NCBI GenBank assembly: GCA_029865125.1
Contig: JAOUHN010000002.1
Span: forward strand, 713-64,712
DNA: 64,000 nucleotides
Direction of reading: 5' to 3'
DNA from: Candidatus Moraniibacteriota bacterium
Lineage (GTDB): Bacteria; Patescibacteriota; Minisyncoccia; Moranbacterales; UBA9337
A program made the translations under genes and the position numbers. The notes beneath the pieces are model-generated. The model was not told the origin of the DNA. It ran no database searches and was given only the letters and a program-made list of their open reading frames with translations. Positions 39,215-48,234 of this stretch are shown here, piece by piece (the stretch's first letter is position 1; each line of letters opens with the position of its first letter).

Positions 39215-39820
39215 ATGAAATTTTCAATGTATAAAAAAATATTTTTGAGTGTTTTTTTGGCAAGTGCAATGTTTTTTTTCGCAAATCAGTTTTGTCAAGC
39301 AGCGCCAATCACGTTTACTAGTCCACTGAAATACACTACGGTTGAATCTTTTACTGCTGGTTTTTTGGAAAGATTGCAAGGTGTGATTGTTATGATAGCG
39401 GTGGTGTTCATTGTGATTGGAGGGCTTTTGTATATGACTTCTGCTGGAAATGAACAAAAAATTGAGACCGCAAAAAAAGCTATTTCCGCTGCGGTCATAG
39501 GATTGGCAATCGCTGTTGCAGCTCCAACTTTCATCAAAGAAATCTATATTATTTTTGGAACAGGAGTTCCTGGAAGTGCTGCGGGGGCCCCAAGTCTCGC
39601 GAAGATACTCACAAATGTTTTGAATTTCTTGTTGGGAATTCTCGGAGTTTTGGCAGTTGTCATGATGGTTTTTGCGGGAATCATGTATCTCACAGCGGCG
39701 GGCGATGAAACTCGAATTGAAACCGCAAAAAAGATGACAAAGTGGTCTATTATGGGAGTGGCAGTTGCTCTTTCAGCAATAGTGATTGTCAGACAAGTGG
39801 CACTTCTTTTCACTGCATAA
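39215..39820 (+). CDS. T4SS-pilin-like protein with internally duplicated pilin module
   Basis: Two modules: VIGGLLYMTSAGNEQKIETAKKAISAAVIGLAIAVAA and VFAGIMYLTAAGDETRIETAKKMTKWSIMGVAVALSA. Confidence 0.6.
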   Translation: MKFSMYKKIFLSVFLASAMFFFANQFCQAAPITFTSPLKYTTVESFTAGFLERLQGVIVMIAVVFIVIGGLLYMTSAGNEQKIETAKKAISAAVIGLAIAVAAPTFIKEIYIIFGTGVPGSAAGAPSLAKILTNVLNFLLGILGVLAVVMMVFAGIMYLTAAGDETRIETAKKMTKWSIMGVAVALSAIVIVRQVALLFTA

Positions 39821-39842
39821 TAGCAAATTGAATTGAGAAAAT

Positions 39843-39874
39843 AAAAAATCCCTGAAGTAATCAGGGATTTTTTT
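39843..39874. terminator. bidirectional intrinsic terminator
   Basis: aaaaaa-tccctga-agtaa-tcaggga-ttttttt. Confidence 0.8.
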
Positions 39875-39888
39875 GAAAGAAATTTTTA

Positions 39889-40224
39889 CTATTTTATTTT
39901 TTTGAAACTCACCTTATACACTGGCTCATATTCGATTTCATATTCATCTTTGAGATATACACTTTTTCCTTCCATGAGCGTGCTCATGGCGATGTCAGAG
40001 ATCATTTCATTGAGATCATTGATTTCGTCTCTAAGTTCATCTAGTTTGACAGGTCGATAGGAATCTTCAATTTGCTTTTTCTTTTCTCGAAGTGTTTTGA
40101 GTTCTTCAACTAGCTCCATATATTTCCCATCATTTTCAAGGGAATATTTGAATTCTTTTCTAACATCACGCTGGTCCTTTTTGAAGTCTTGAAGCTTTTT
40201 GAATAGTTCTTGTATGTCCTGCAT
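39889..40224 (-). CDS. hypothetical coiled-coil protein
   Basis: 111-aa K/E-rich helical ORF, minus strand, downstream of the bidirectional terminator. Confidence 0.4.
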   Translation of the reverse strand: MQDIQELFKKLQDFKKDQRDVRKEFKYSLENDGKYMELVEELKTLREKKKQIEDSYRPVKLDELRDEINDLNEMISDIAMSTLMEGKSVYLKDEYEIEYEPVYKVSFKKIK

Positions 40225-40468
40225 ATTTGTTTTATTTTAGCGGAAAATAGCGCTATATGGACAATGTTTGAAATTACCTTATATAGCACAAACCACTTTG
40301 AATGTTTACAGATAACAAAAATAATTCTACCATAGAAAGAAGGAAGGTCAAAATCATGTAGCACAGAACACATAACATGGAACATGAAATGCAAAACTTC
40401 TCCTTAGTCACCCCTTTTGAGGAAAAAGGGAGGAGACACAGAAAGATTATAGTTCACTAATTTACTAA

Positions 40469-41254
40469 TTGAATAACATGCAACAAATTGAAATTAAAAG
40501 TAGTGATAATGAAAAGATAAAAACTCTCAGAAAACTTCGTAGCAAAAAATATCGAAACAAACTGGGTCTTTTTTGTGTTGAAAATTGGACAATTATTTTT
40601 GATGCACTCAAAGATGGAAATCAATTCGAAAGCATTTTTGTGACGGAGGAATTTTTGAAAAATAATGAAGACAAGATGGGCTTTATTTTCAAAAATTCCA
40701 ATGTGGATGAATATTTTGTGATTAGTGAAAAAGTGAACGAGTCATTCTCTTCTTTGGAGACTGCCCCGGGAATTTGTGTTGTGTTTCGAAAAACGGAAAG
40801 GCCAGTTGAATTGAATAAAAAAATAATCTATCTCAATGCAATTTCTGATCCTGGAAATCTCGGAACGATTTTTCGAAGTGCCTTGGCTTTTGGTTTTGAA
40901 AATATTGTTTTGGATGAGAATTGTGTGGACGCATTTAGTCCAAAAACAATTCAAGCATCCAAGGGTTCAATTTTCAATCTCAATATTTCTTTTGACAAAA
41001 ATTTTGAGATTTTGTCTGATGCAAAAAAGATGATGAAAATTATTTCCACTGATGTTGAGAAAGGAAAAAATTTGAAAGATTTTTCTAGCAAAGAAATTTT
41101 TTGTTTGGTGCTTGGAAATGAAACCAGGGGAGTGGATGAAGAAATCAAAAAAATGTGTGATGAGTTTCTCAACATTAAAATTGATTCACGAATGGAATCA
41201 TTGAATGTCGCTGCAAGTGCTTCAATAATTTTCTATGAACTCGGGAATAGTTAA
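40469..41254 (+). CDS. TrmH/SpoU-family RNA 2'-O-methyltransferase
   Basis: LNAISDPGNLGTIFRSA, LVLGNETRGV, NVAASASIIFYEL (SPOUT motifs 1-3). Confidence 0.85.
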   Translation: MNNMQQIEIKSSDNEKIKTLRKLRSKKYRNKLGLFCVENWTIIFDALKDGNQFESIFVTEEFLKNNEDKMGFIFKNSNVDEYFVISEKVNESFSSLETAPGICVVFRKTERPVELNKKIIYLNAISDPGNLGTIFRSALAFGFENIVLDENCVDAFSPKTIQASKGSIFNLNISFDKNFEILSDAKKMMKIISTDVEKGKNLKDFSSKEIFCLVLGNETRGVDEEIKKMCDEFLNIKIDSRMESLNVAASASIIFYELGNS

Positions 41255-41331
41255 TTAGTAAATGAGGGGCAGTGTTTTGTGATGCATGACCCATGTTCTA
41301 TGTTATGTGTTCTATGCTGTAGGATAAGGGC

Positions 41332-41360
41332 TTGACTTTTTCGTTTACATGGTGTATAAT
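41332..41360 (+). promoter_or_regulatory. near-consensus sigma-70 promoter (TTGACT-17-TGTATAAT)
   Basis: -35 ttgact at 41332-41337, 17-nt spacer, extended -10 tgtataat ending at 41360. Confidence 0.55.
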
Positions 41361-41396
41361 GATATTGTAAGTGGTTGAGACACACCACTTCAAGCA

Positions 41397-41424
41397 AAAC
41401 GGGTGATGCCCGTTTTTATTTTAT
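41397..41424 (+). terminator. intrinsic terminator ~35 nt downstream of the promoter
   Basis: aacggg-tgat-gcccgtt-tttatttt. Confidence 0.6.
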
Positions 41425-41483
41425 TTAAGCATTTAATTTCTTAATTTAAACCTGTTAGTACTCAAATTTCTTTTGAAATCTGA

Positions 41484-41675
41484 GTGATAGCAGCGAAAAC
41501 AAAAAGTATGCAAGAAGAAATGCAACAAAGAGACAATTGTGGGGGAGACAATTGCCCCGAGTGTCAAAAGAGTAATCAAGAAGTAAGAGAAAATGAAGAT
41601 TCAAACTTCGCAGTTCTCATTTCATTGGTTCCTCTCTTGGTGTTAACATTTTTTAGTCAAGTAGGAATGCTGTAA
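41484..41675 (+). CDS. small membrane-anchored Cys-motif protein (hypothetical)
   Basis: 63 aa, CGGDNCPECQ then C-terminal TM. Confidence 0.35.
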   Translation: MIAAKTKSMQEEMQQRDNCGGDNCPECQKSNQEVRENEDSNFAVLISLVPLLVLTFFSQVGML

Positions 41676-41705
41676 TAATCAGCAAAAATATTTTTTCCTG
41701 TTTGA

Positions 41706-41741
41706 ACAAAAAACCGTCAAATTATGCGACGGTTTTTTGTT
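41706..41741. terminator. bidirectional terminator with 17-bp perfect arms
   Basis: ttgaacaaaaaaccgtc-aaattatgc-gacggttttttgttcaa. Confidence 0.75.
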
Positions 41742-41791
41742 CAAGATTTTTACAAAATGGAAAAAAATTGCTAGTGTATGTGAGTGAATGA

Positions 41792-42769
41792 TTGTATTTT
41801 TTTATGAGAAAATTTTTAGTTATTATTGTGGTAATAAGTTTGGCAACACTTTCTTTGAAGGTGTATTTTGATGAGCATAGAAACACCGGATTTGGAAATG
41901 AAATTCAAAATGGAAGAACGTTGATTTCAAAAATTCCAATGTTCAAAAAAACTGTTTGCGACAGAACACTGGAATATTCAATTGGAAATTTTGATGAACG
42001 TTTTGGGATTAGCGAAGAAGAATTTTTGAGTGCTTTGAGAGAATCTGAACGTGTTTGGGAGGATGCGATAGGACGCAATCTTTTTGAGTATAATCCTCAA
42101 GCTTCATTCCAGGTGAGTTTGATTTTTGATGAAAGACAAAAGCAAAGCATGGAAAATGATGTGCTTGGAAATGACTATGAAAAGCTAGTTGCTGTTCAAG
42201 GAGAAATCTCTCAGGAATATAAGAATCTGGAAGCGGAGTACAATTCTTTCATTGAGATATATAACAAAGAAGTGAAGGAATATGAAAAAGAAGTTTCACA
42301 GTATAATTCTGAGGTGGAGAAATGGAACAAGGAAGGCGGAGCACCTTCGAAAGAATACAAGAAACTTGAGAAAAAGAGCGAAGAATTGAAAGAGTGGTAT
42401 CTGAAGATAGAAAAGGAAATAGATGAGATTAATGATTTGGCCAAAAAAATCAATGAGCTTGCTAAGAAAGAGAATGAGTTGATTTCAAATTTCAATGAAA
42501 ATGTGGAGACATATCGAGAGCGTTATGGAGAGGCTCAAGAGTTCAATCAGGGAGAATATGATGGACAAGGTATTTCTGTGTATCAATTTCGAGAGATGCA
42601 AGATTTGATTTTGGTTTTGACACATGAGTTTGGTCATGCTCTTATTTTGGGGCATGCACAAAATCCTCAGTCAATCATGTATTATTTGATGGAGCAGCAA
42701 GACCTCGAGAACGTGAAATTGACCCAGGAGGACATCAACGCACTCAAAACCGTGTGTGAGCTGAAATAG
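41792..42769 (+). CDS. secreted zinc metalloprotease (metzincin/matrixin-like) with central coiled coil
   Basis: Signal anchor, HEFGHALILGH zinc motif followed by Met-turn SIMYY; coiled-coil region 42200-42500. Confidence 0.6.
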   Translation: MYFFMRKFLVIIVVISLATLSLKVYFDEHRNTGFGNEIQNGRTLISKIPMFKKTVCDRTLEYSIGNFDERFGISEEEFLSALRESERVWEDAIGRNLFEYNPQASFQVSLIFDERQKQSMENDVLGNDYEKLVAVQGEISQEYKNLEAEYNSFIEIYNKEVKEYEKEVSQYNSEVEKWNKEGGAPSKEYKKLEKKSEELKEWYLKIEKEIDEINDLAKKINELAKKENELISNFNENVETYRERYGEAQEFNQGEYDGQGISVYQFREMQDLILVLTHEFGHALILGHAQNPQSIMYYLMEQQDLENVKLTQEDINALKTVCELK

Positions 42770-42879
42770 ACTTGAATTCTTACAGTTTTTGATCGTTGAA
42801 TTATACATGTTGTGCGATGAAGATTTAAAGTATGCAATTTGGTGAACAAAAAATGGCAATTGAAGCTCATATAAAACAT

Positions 42880-43290
42880 GTCATCCTGAACTTGTTTCAG
42901 GATCCCAAAGAATAAGCACCTGCTTAATTTAGAAGATAAAGCCATATATGAAACAGTATTGTGTTTATATAATAACTAACAATAATAACACTTCTTTATA
43001 TATTGGAGTAACAGGTAATTTGCAAAAAAGAATCTGGGAACACAAGGACAAGGTAGTAGAGGGTTTTACTAAAAAATACAACTGTGAAAAATTAGTATAT
43101 TTTGAACAAACAGAAAATGTTCACAGTGCACTCAACAGAGAAAAGCAATTAAAAAATTGGCACAGGCAATGGAAAATAAATCTGATTTCTAAGAGTAATC
43201 CAGAGTGGAAAGATTTATTTGATGAATTATGATGTATTAAATTTAACATGTGCTAGTTGCAGGGGATCCTGAAACAAGTTCAGGATGACA
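42880..43290. mobile_element. family-A palindromic element whose two arms flank a GIY-YIG nuclease gene (candidate autonomous copy)
   Basis: Left arm gtcatcctgaacttgtttcaggatccc at 42880; right arm ggggatcctgaaacaagttcaggatgaca ending at 43290. The 285-bp ORF lies between the arms, whereas other copies have only a 20-40-bp spacer. Confidence 0.65.
42948..43232 (+). CDS. GIY-YIG nuclease family protein (COG2827-like, 94 aa)
   Basis: CVYIITNNNNTSLYIGVTGNLQKRIWEH ... KLVYFE ... EKQLKNW = GIY-YIG motif with conserved R and E. Confidence 0.75.
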   Translation: MKQYCVYIITNNNNTSLYIGVTGNLQKRIWEHKDKVVEGFTKKYNCEKLVYFEQTENVHSALNREKQLKNWHRQWKINLISKSNPEWKDLFDEL

Positions 43291-43407
43291 AGTGACGAAG
43301 GTTGCTTTTTTAGAGAAAATATTGTATTCTTTTTTGAACGGAAAATTTCGTTCCTGTATGTAATTGAAAACTAAATATCAAAAAGAGATAGTGATCGGAG
43401 GTGCATC

Positions 43408-44235
43408 ATGAAAGGAATCCATCGTGATTTTAGGAATAAAGTAAGTGAACCTCAGAGTTTATTTGGCCTGGATTATCGGAGTATTTCCGTTCAAGGGTCA
43501 AAGGAAACATTCCTGCTTCTTGGAGGAAGGGGACTGGGATGGGAAGCTGTCACTCACTTAGCTTTTTTCCTGTATCAGCTGGGGCATAGTGTTATCCTTG
43601 TGTCGCTTCCGGGATGCGGAAGCTCAAGAGATTACAAGATTATCAAACCTTTTCCTGTGCAAAGCTTTTCGATTTTTTCCCAGTTTTTTGGGGAGATGGT
43701 GCGGCAACATGGGAGGATGCACGTCATTTCGCATTCTATGAGCGGACGATATTTTGCAGACTATCTAGCTAAATATGAGTCTGCGCAAAGGGATGTGAAA
43801 TCTGTCATCTTTGTGAATCCGTCAGGATTCCGAAAAGAGAGTCCAATGTTGATTTTTCGATTTCTGTTGTCGAAAATCATGCATAAAGTTCAAGAGATGC
43901 ACGGTGTTGATTTGGAGGAGTTGAAAGCTCTGAGCTTTGCTCCGAAAACCTCCATGTATTCTCGCGTGGATAGAATCGGGCAAAGGCTGGCAGAGATCAA
44001 GTATTGCATGCAAGGGGACATTCTGGATAGCCTGAAGCAAATCGCAATTCCAAGGATGGTGATTCTGGGAGAGCGCGATTTTGTTTTTCCGTCTGCAACG
44101 GATATGTCCATCAGGACTGAACTTGAAAGCGCGGGGTGTTTTGTCTCGGTGATGGATTTTGACCATAATCCCACAATTTTGCCGAATGCGGGTGATTTGG
44201 CGGAGGAAATTAGCCTGTATGCTCAAAATATTTGA
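43408..44235 (+). CDS. alpha/beta-hydrolase fold protein
   Basis: Nucleophile elbow HSMSG, ~275 aa. GC content is higher than neighbours. Confidence 0.55.
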   Translation: MKGIHRDFRNKVSEPQSLFGLDYRSISVQGSKETFLLLGGRGLGWEAVTHLAFFLYQLGHSVILVSLPGCGSSRDYKIIKPFPVQSFSIFSQFFGEMVRQHGRMHVISHSMSGRYFADYLAKYESAQRDVKSVIFVNPSGFRKESPMLIFRFLLSKIMHKVQEMHGVDLEELKALSFAPKTSMYSRVDRIGQRLAEIKYCMQGDILDSLKQIAIPRMVILGERDFVFPSATDMSIRTELESAGCFVSVMDFDHNPTILPNAGDLAEEISLYAQNI

Positions 44236-44412
44236 GATGTGGGGCATGTTTTGTTCTTGAGGCTCGGTGTCATAACTTTTGATTCCGGGCCTTGTTTTTT
44301 TCTATTGCTTTTTGTTTAAACATCATGTATAATATTTTCACGTGCAAGAAGTTGAAAAATTCTGCCTTAAGGCGGTTTTTTGTTTAAATAATACTAAGAA
44401 TTATTAATATTT

Positions 44413-46200
44413 ATGGAAATTAGAAATATTGCGATTATTGCCCATGTAGACCACGGAAAAACCACTCTTACAGACGCTCTTATGCGTCAAACCGGAATGG
44501 TTGAAGAAGGGGTGAGTATGGACAGTAATGAATTGGAAAAAGAAAGAGGTATCACGATTTATGCGAAGAATACTTCAATAAAATACAAGGACACTAAAAT
44601 TAATATTGTGGACACTCCAGGACATGCTGATTTTGGAAGTGAGGTGGAGCGAGTGTTGCGTTCAATTGATAGTGTTGTTTTGGTCGTGGATGCGCAAGAG
44701 GGTCCGATGCCACAAACAAGATTTGTTTTGAAAAAATCATTAGAATTGGGCCTAAAACCGATTGTAGTGATCAACAAGATTGACAAGCCTGCTTCAAGAG
44801 TGGAAGGCGTGGGAGAAGACGTTTTTGAGCTATTTTTGGACCTTGGAGCTAATGATGAGCAACTTGATTTCACAACAATCTATGCAATTGCCAGAGAAGG
44901 AATTGCAAAGGCTAGTATGGATGATGATTCAAAAGATCTAACTCCTCTTTTAGATGTGATTATGAAAGAGGTTCCAGTAGCATCTTCTGAAGAGAAAAAC
45001 AAGAAGCCTTTTGTGATCCAACCTTTTAACTTGGGATATGATAATTTCTTAGGTCGTTTGGCTGTAGGAAGAATTTATGATGGAATCATTCATGATGGTG
45101 ACGAAGTGATCGTGAAAAGTGAAGGAAAAGAGGCTAGAAAAGGAAAGATTACAAAACTTTTCACATTTGATGGAGTTACAAAAAAAGAAGTTGACGAAGC
45201 TCAAGCAGGAGATATTGTAATGATTGCCGGACTTTCAGACATTTTTATCGGAGAGACGATTTGCCAAAATGAAAATCAAGAAATTCTTCCAGCGATCAAT
45301 ATTGATGAACCAACAATATCTTTGAATTTTTTGGTGAACAATTCTCCTTTTGCAGGAAGAGAAGGTGAATTTGTGACAACAAGACAAATCAGAGAAAGAC
45401 TTGAAAAAGAGCTTGAAATTAACGTAGGACTCAAAATTGATTTTTCTGCAGCGGACAAGTTTAAGGTATATGGAAGAGGAGAGCTTCACATTGCTATTCT
45501 TTTGGAAAACATGAGAAGAGAAGGATTTGAGTTACAAGTTTCTCAACCAACCGTAATCATCAAAGAAGAAGATGGCAAAAAATTGGAGCCATTTGAAGAA
45601 GTGACCATTGAAGTTCCTAATGAAATGACCGGAACCGTGATTGAAAAACTTGGGAAAAGAAAAGGTAATATGATTGAAATGAAACCTGATAACGGAACAA
45701 CAAGAATGATTTTTGAAATTCCTACACGGGGTATTTTGGGATATCGTGGAGATTTTATTGTGGATACCAAAGGAGAAGGAGTGATGTATAGTCGCGTGAT
45801 TGGATTTAGAGATCACGTTGGAAATATTGATAAGCATGCATATGGTTCAATGATTTCAAAAGAGACTGGAAAAGCACTTGGATTTTCATTATATAATCTG
45901 CAAGAAAGAGGAACTTTGTATATTCCAGCAAATACTGAGGTATATGAAGGAATGGTAATCGGAAATGTTACAAAGGGTGATGAAATGACCGTAAATCCTC
46001 TCAAAGGAAAGCAGCTTACAAACATGCGTGCCTCAGGTTCTGATGATGCAATCAAACTTATTCCTCCAATTGAAATTACTCTTGAGAGAGGAATGGAAAT
46101 CATGAAGGAAGATGAATATCTTGAGATTACTCCAAAAAGCGTTAGACTTCGAAAACAAGCCTTGAAAGAAAACGAAAGAACAAAAGCGAAGAGAAAATAA
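44413..46200 (+). CDS. typA: translational GTPase TypA/BipA
   Basis: [26 protein letters not shown]-motifs; 595 aa. Confidence 0.95.
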   Translation: MEIRNIAIIAHVDHGKTTLTDALMRQTGMVEEGVSMDSNELEKERGITIYAKNTSIKYKDTKINIVDTPGHADFGSEVERVLRSIDSVVLVVDAQEGPMPQTRFVLKKSLELGLKPIVVINKIDKPASRVEGVGEDVFELFLDLGANDEQLDFTTIYAIAREGIAKASMDDDSKDLTPLLDVIMKEVPVASSEEKNKKPFVIQPFNLGYDNFLGRLAVGRIYDGIIHDGDEVIVKSEGKEARKGKITKLFTFDGVTKKEVDEAQAGDIVMIAGLSDIFIGETICQNENQEILPAINIDEPTISLNFLVNNSPFAGREGEFVTTRQIRERLEKELEINVGLKIDFSAADKFKVYGRGELHIAILLENMRREGFELQVSQPTVIIKEEDGKKLEPFEEVTIEVPNEMTGTVIEKLGKRKGNMIEMKPDNGTTRMIFEIPTRGILGYRGDFIVDTKGEGVMYSRVIGFRDHVGNIDKHAYGSMISKETGKALGFSLYNLQERGTLYIPANTEVYEGMVIGNVTKGDEMTVNPLKGKQLTNMRASGSDDAIKLIPPIEITLERGMEIMKEDEYLEITPKSVRLRKQALKENERTKAKRK

Positions 46201-46306
46201 TTTTATTAGTAATCAGTAACTCGTAACTAGTAACTTGCAATGTGCGTTATTAATGGAATACTTTTTATGAATTCCTCATTACGAGTTACAGTTTACTGAT
46301 TGCTGG

Positions 46307-46780
46307 ATGATGTTAAAAATAACTATTCTTTCAGTTGGAAAGATTAAAGAAAAATATTATCAAGGAATCATTGATGAATATGCAAAGAGGCTCACTCCGT
46401 ATGTTAAGCTTGATTTTGAGGTGCTCAAAGCAGAGCCTTTTTTTGATGATAGTGACAAGGAGGGAATAAAGAACAAAGAAGGAGAAAAAATTGTCAATTT
46501 TCTTGAAAAAAACAGATGGAGCAAAATTTTTATTCTTGATGAAAGAGGAAAAGAATTCACTTCTCATGAATTTTCAAAAGAAATTCATGACGGCACTGAG
46601 CCTATTGTTTTTGTGATTGGAGGAAGTTTAGGTTTGAGCCAGAATGTTTTGAGTTATCCCGGATCAAAAAGAATGGCGCTTTCTGAAATGACTTTTCTTC
46701 ATGAGATGACACAAGTGATTCTCATTGAGCAGATTTACCGCGCTGTGGCTATTGAGAAGGGGAAGAAGTATCATTACTAG
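46307..46780 (+). CDS. rlmH: 23S rRNA (pseudouridine1915-N3)-methyltransferase RlmH
   Basis: MLKITILSVGKIKEKYYQGIIDEYAKRL start typical of the RlmH SPOUT family; 157 aa. Confidence 0.8.
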   Translation: MMLKITILSVGKIKEKYYQGIIDEYAKRLTPYVKLDFEVLKAEPFFDDSDKEGIKNKEGEKIVNFLEKNRWSKIFILDERGKEFTSHEFSKEIHDGTEPIVFVIGGSLGLSQNVLSYPGSKRMALSEMTFLHEMTQVILIEQIYRAVAIEKGKKYHY

Positions 46781-46781
46781 T

Positions 46782-46985
46782 AGCACATAACATAGAACAC
46801 ATAGCACATAGCATAGAACATATAGCACATAACATAGAACATATAGCACATAGCATAAAACATATAGTGCAGAACAAAAAATCCGGATTTATCCGGATTT
46901 TTTGTTCCATGTTCCATGTTCCATGTTCCATGTTCCATGTTCCATGTTCCATGTTCCATGTTCCATGTTCCATGTTCCATGTTTT
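46782..46985. repeat. inverted pair of short-period repeat arrays flanking a terminator hairpin
   Basis: CATAGAACA-type units 46782-46870, hairpin aaatccggatttatccggattt-ttttg (46875-46904), then 9x ATGTTCCATG in opposite orientation 46905-46985. Confidence 0.85.
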
Positions 46986-47847
46986 ACATTCCAAGCATTG
47001 AGAAGATGATCATGAGAATGATGATGTTTGTTGTTGAGATGTGGTGGAGTCGGTTGGGGTTGATGGAAGATATGATGTTGATGTGAACCACAATTGCAAG
47101 GGAAATGAGAGTGAGAATGACAATGATATTTCTCAAGACGTCACTTTGCTTGTTGATTTTTGCTGAAAGAACAAAGCTATTTTTTTGTTCCTTTTTTGAA
47201 TATGCGCTGGGTTCAAGTTTCAAATCAGATGAAGAAATTTTTGAATCTGGAGTGGTGTTTTTCAATGCCATTAAAGTGCTTCCTCCGACTGCAGAAGAGG
47301 ATGAAGCAATTGATGAATATTTTTGACTCAGAGTTTGATTTTTTGGTTGAGCAAAAAGTTGAACTGAAATGATGACTTGTTTGTTTTTGATTTCCCCTTC
47401 CAAGACAGCGACGCCGGTTTCTTGATAATTTGGGTCAAGAATATTTTCTCTGTGAGTAGGGCTATTCATCCAAGCGGTGTGTTGCGAAAGAGGATCTTTG
47501 TAGTTTATTGCCAAATTTTCTCCAGCATATCGATATTCATATTCACTTGAACGAAACCAATACCATGGTGTTTTTCCTGCTGGAGAAGTGTGTGAGAAAT
47601 AGTTGTTGCTGATCATGTCGTAGGCCTTTTTTTGTGCTGCCTCTTTTAATTTTTCATTTTCAGTTAGTGGTGCGAGTTCTTTTTCCATTCTTGATTGATT
47701 GGTGAGTCGAACTATTTCTTGTGGAGTTATTTGCGCAGCCCAAGCGCAGGAGGCGACAAAAGACATCAATACTATTGAAGTGAAAATTGAAATATTAAAT
47801 TGTTTGTTTGTGATTTTCATTTTTGAAATATAAAAAAAGCGCTTCAC
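46984..47847 (-). CDS. CAP (SCP/PR1-like, YkwD-type) domain protein, membrane-anchored
   Basis: NYFSHTSPAGKTPWYW ... GENLAINY ... HTAWMNSPTHRENIL; C-terminal TM; the true start may be the internal MKITNKQF. Confidence 0.65.
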   Translation of the reverse strand: MKRFFYISKMKITNKQFNISIFTSIVLMSFVASCAWAAQITPQEIVRLTNQSRMEKELAPLTENEKLKEAAQKKAYDMISNNYFSHTSPAGKTPWYWFRSSEYEYRYAGENLAINYKDPLSQHTAWMNSPTHRENILDPNYQETGVAVLEGEIKNKQVIISVQLFAQPKNQTLSQKYSSIASSSSAVGGSTLMALKNTTPDSKISSSDLKLEPSAYSKKEQKNSFVLSAKINKQSDVLRNIIVILTLISLAIVVHINIISSINPNRLHHISTTNIIILMIIFSMLGM

Positions 47848-47929
47848 CCATGAAACACCCTTATATTTGCGAACCTCCTTATTTGTCTATAACATCATTA
47901 TAGCGCATTTTAAGGGAAAAGTCAAATCC

Positions 47930-48200
47930 ACATAACACATAACACATAACACATAACACATAACACATAACACATAACACATAACACATAACACATAACA
48001 CATAACACATAACACATAACACATAACACATAACACATAACACATAACACATTAAGCACTAGTCGGTGAGTTTTGATTTATGTTTTCCATGTTCCATGAT
48101 ATGTGTTTTATGTTCTATGCTCCATGATATGTGTTTCATGCTCCATGTTCCATGATATGTGTTTTATGTTCTATGTTCCATGTTCCATGATATTATTGTA
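47930..48200. repeat. ~18x CATAACA 7-bp tandem array followed by opposite-orientation CATGGAACA-type units
   Basis: cataacacataacacataaca... then atgttccatgatatgtgtt... Confidence 0.9.
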
Positions 48201-48234
48201 TAATGAAAGTGTAAGAAGAATAACAATAAAAAAT

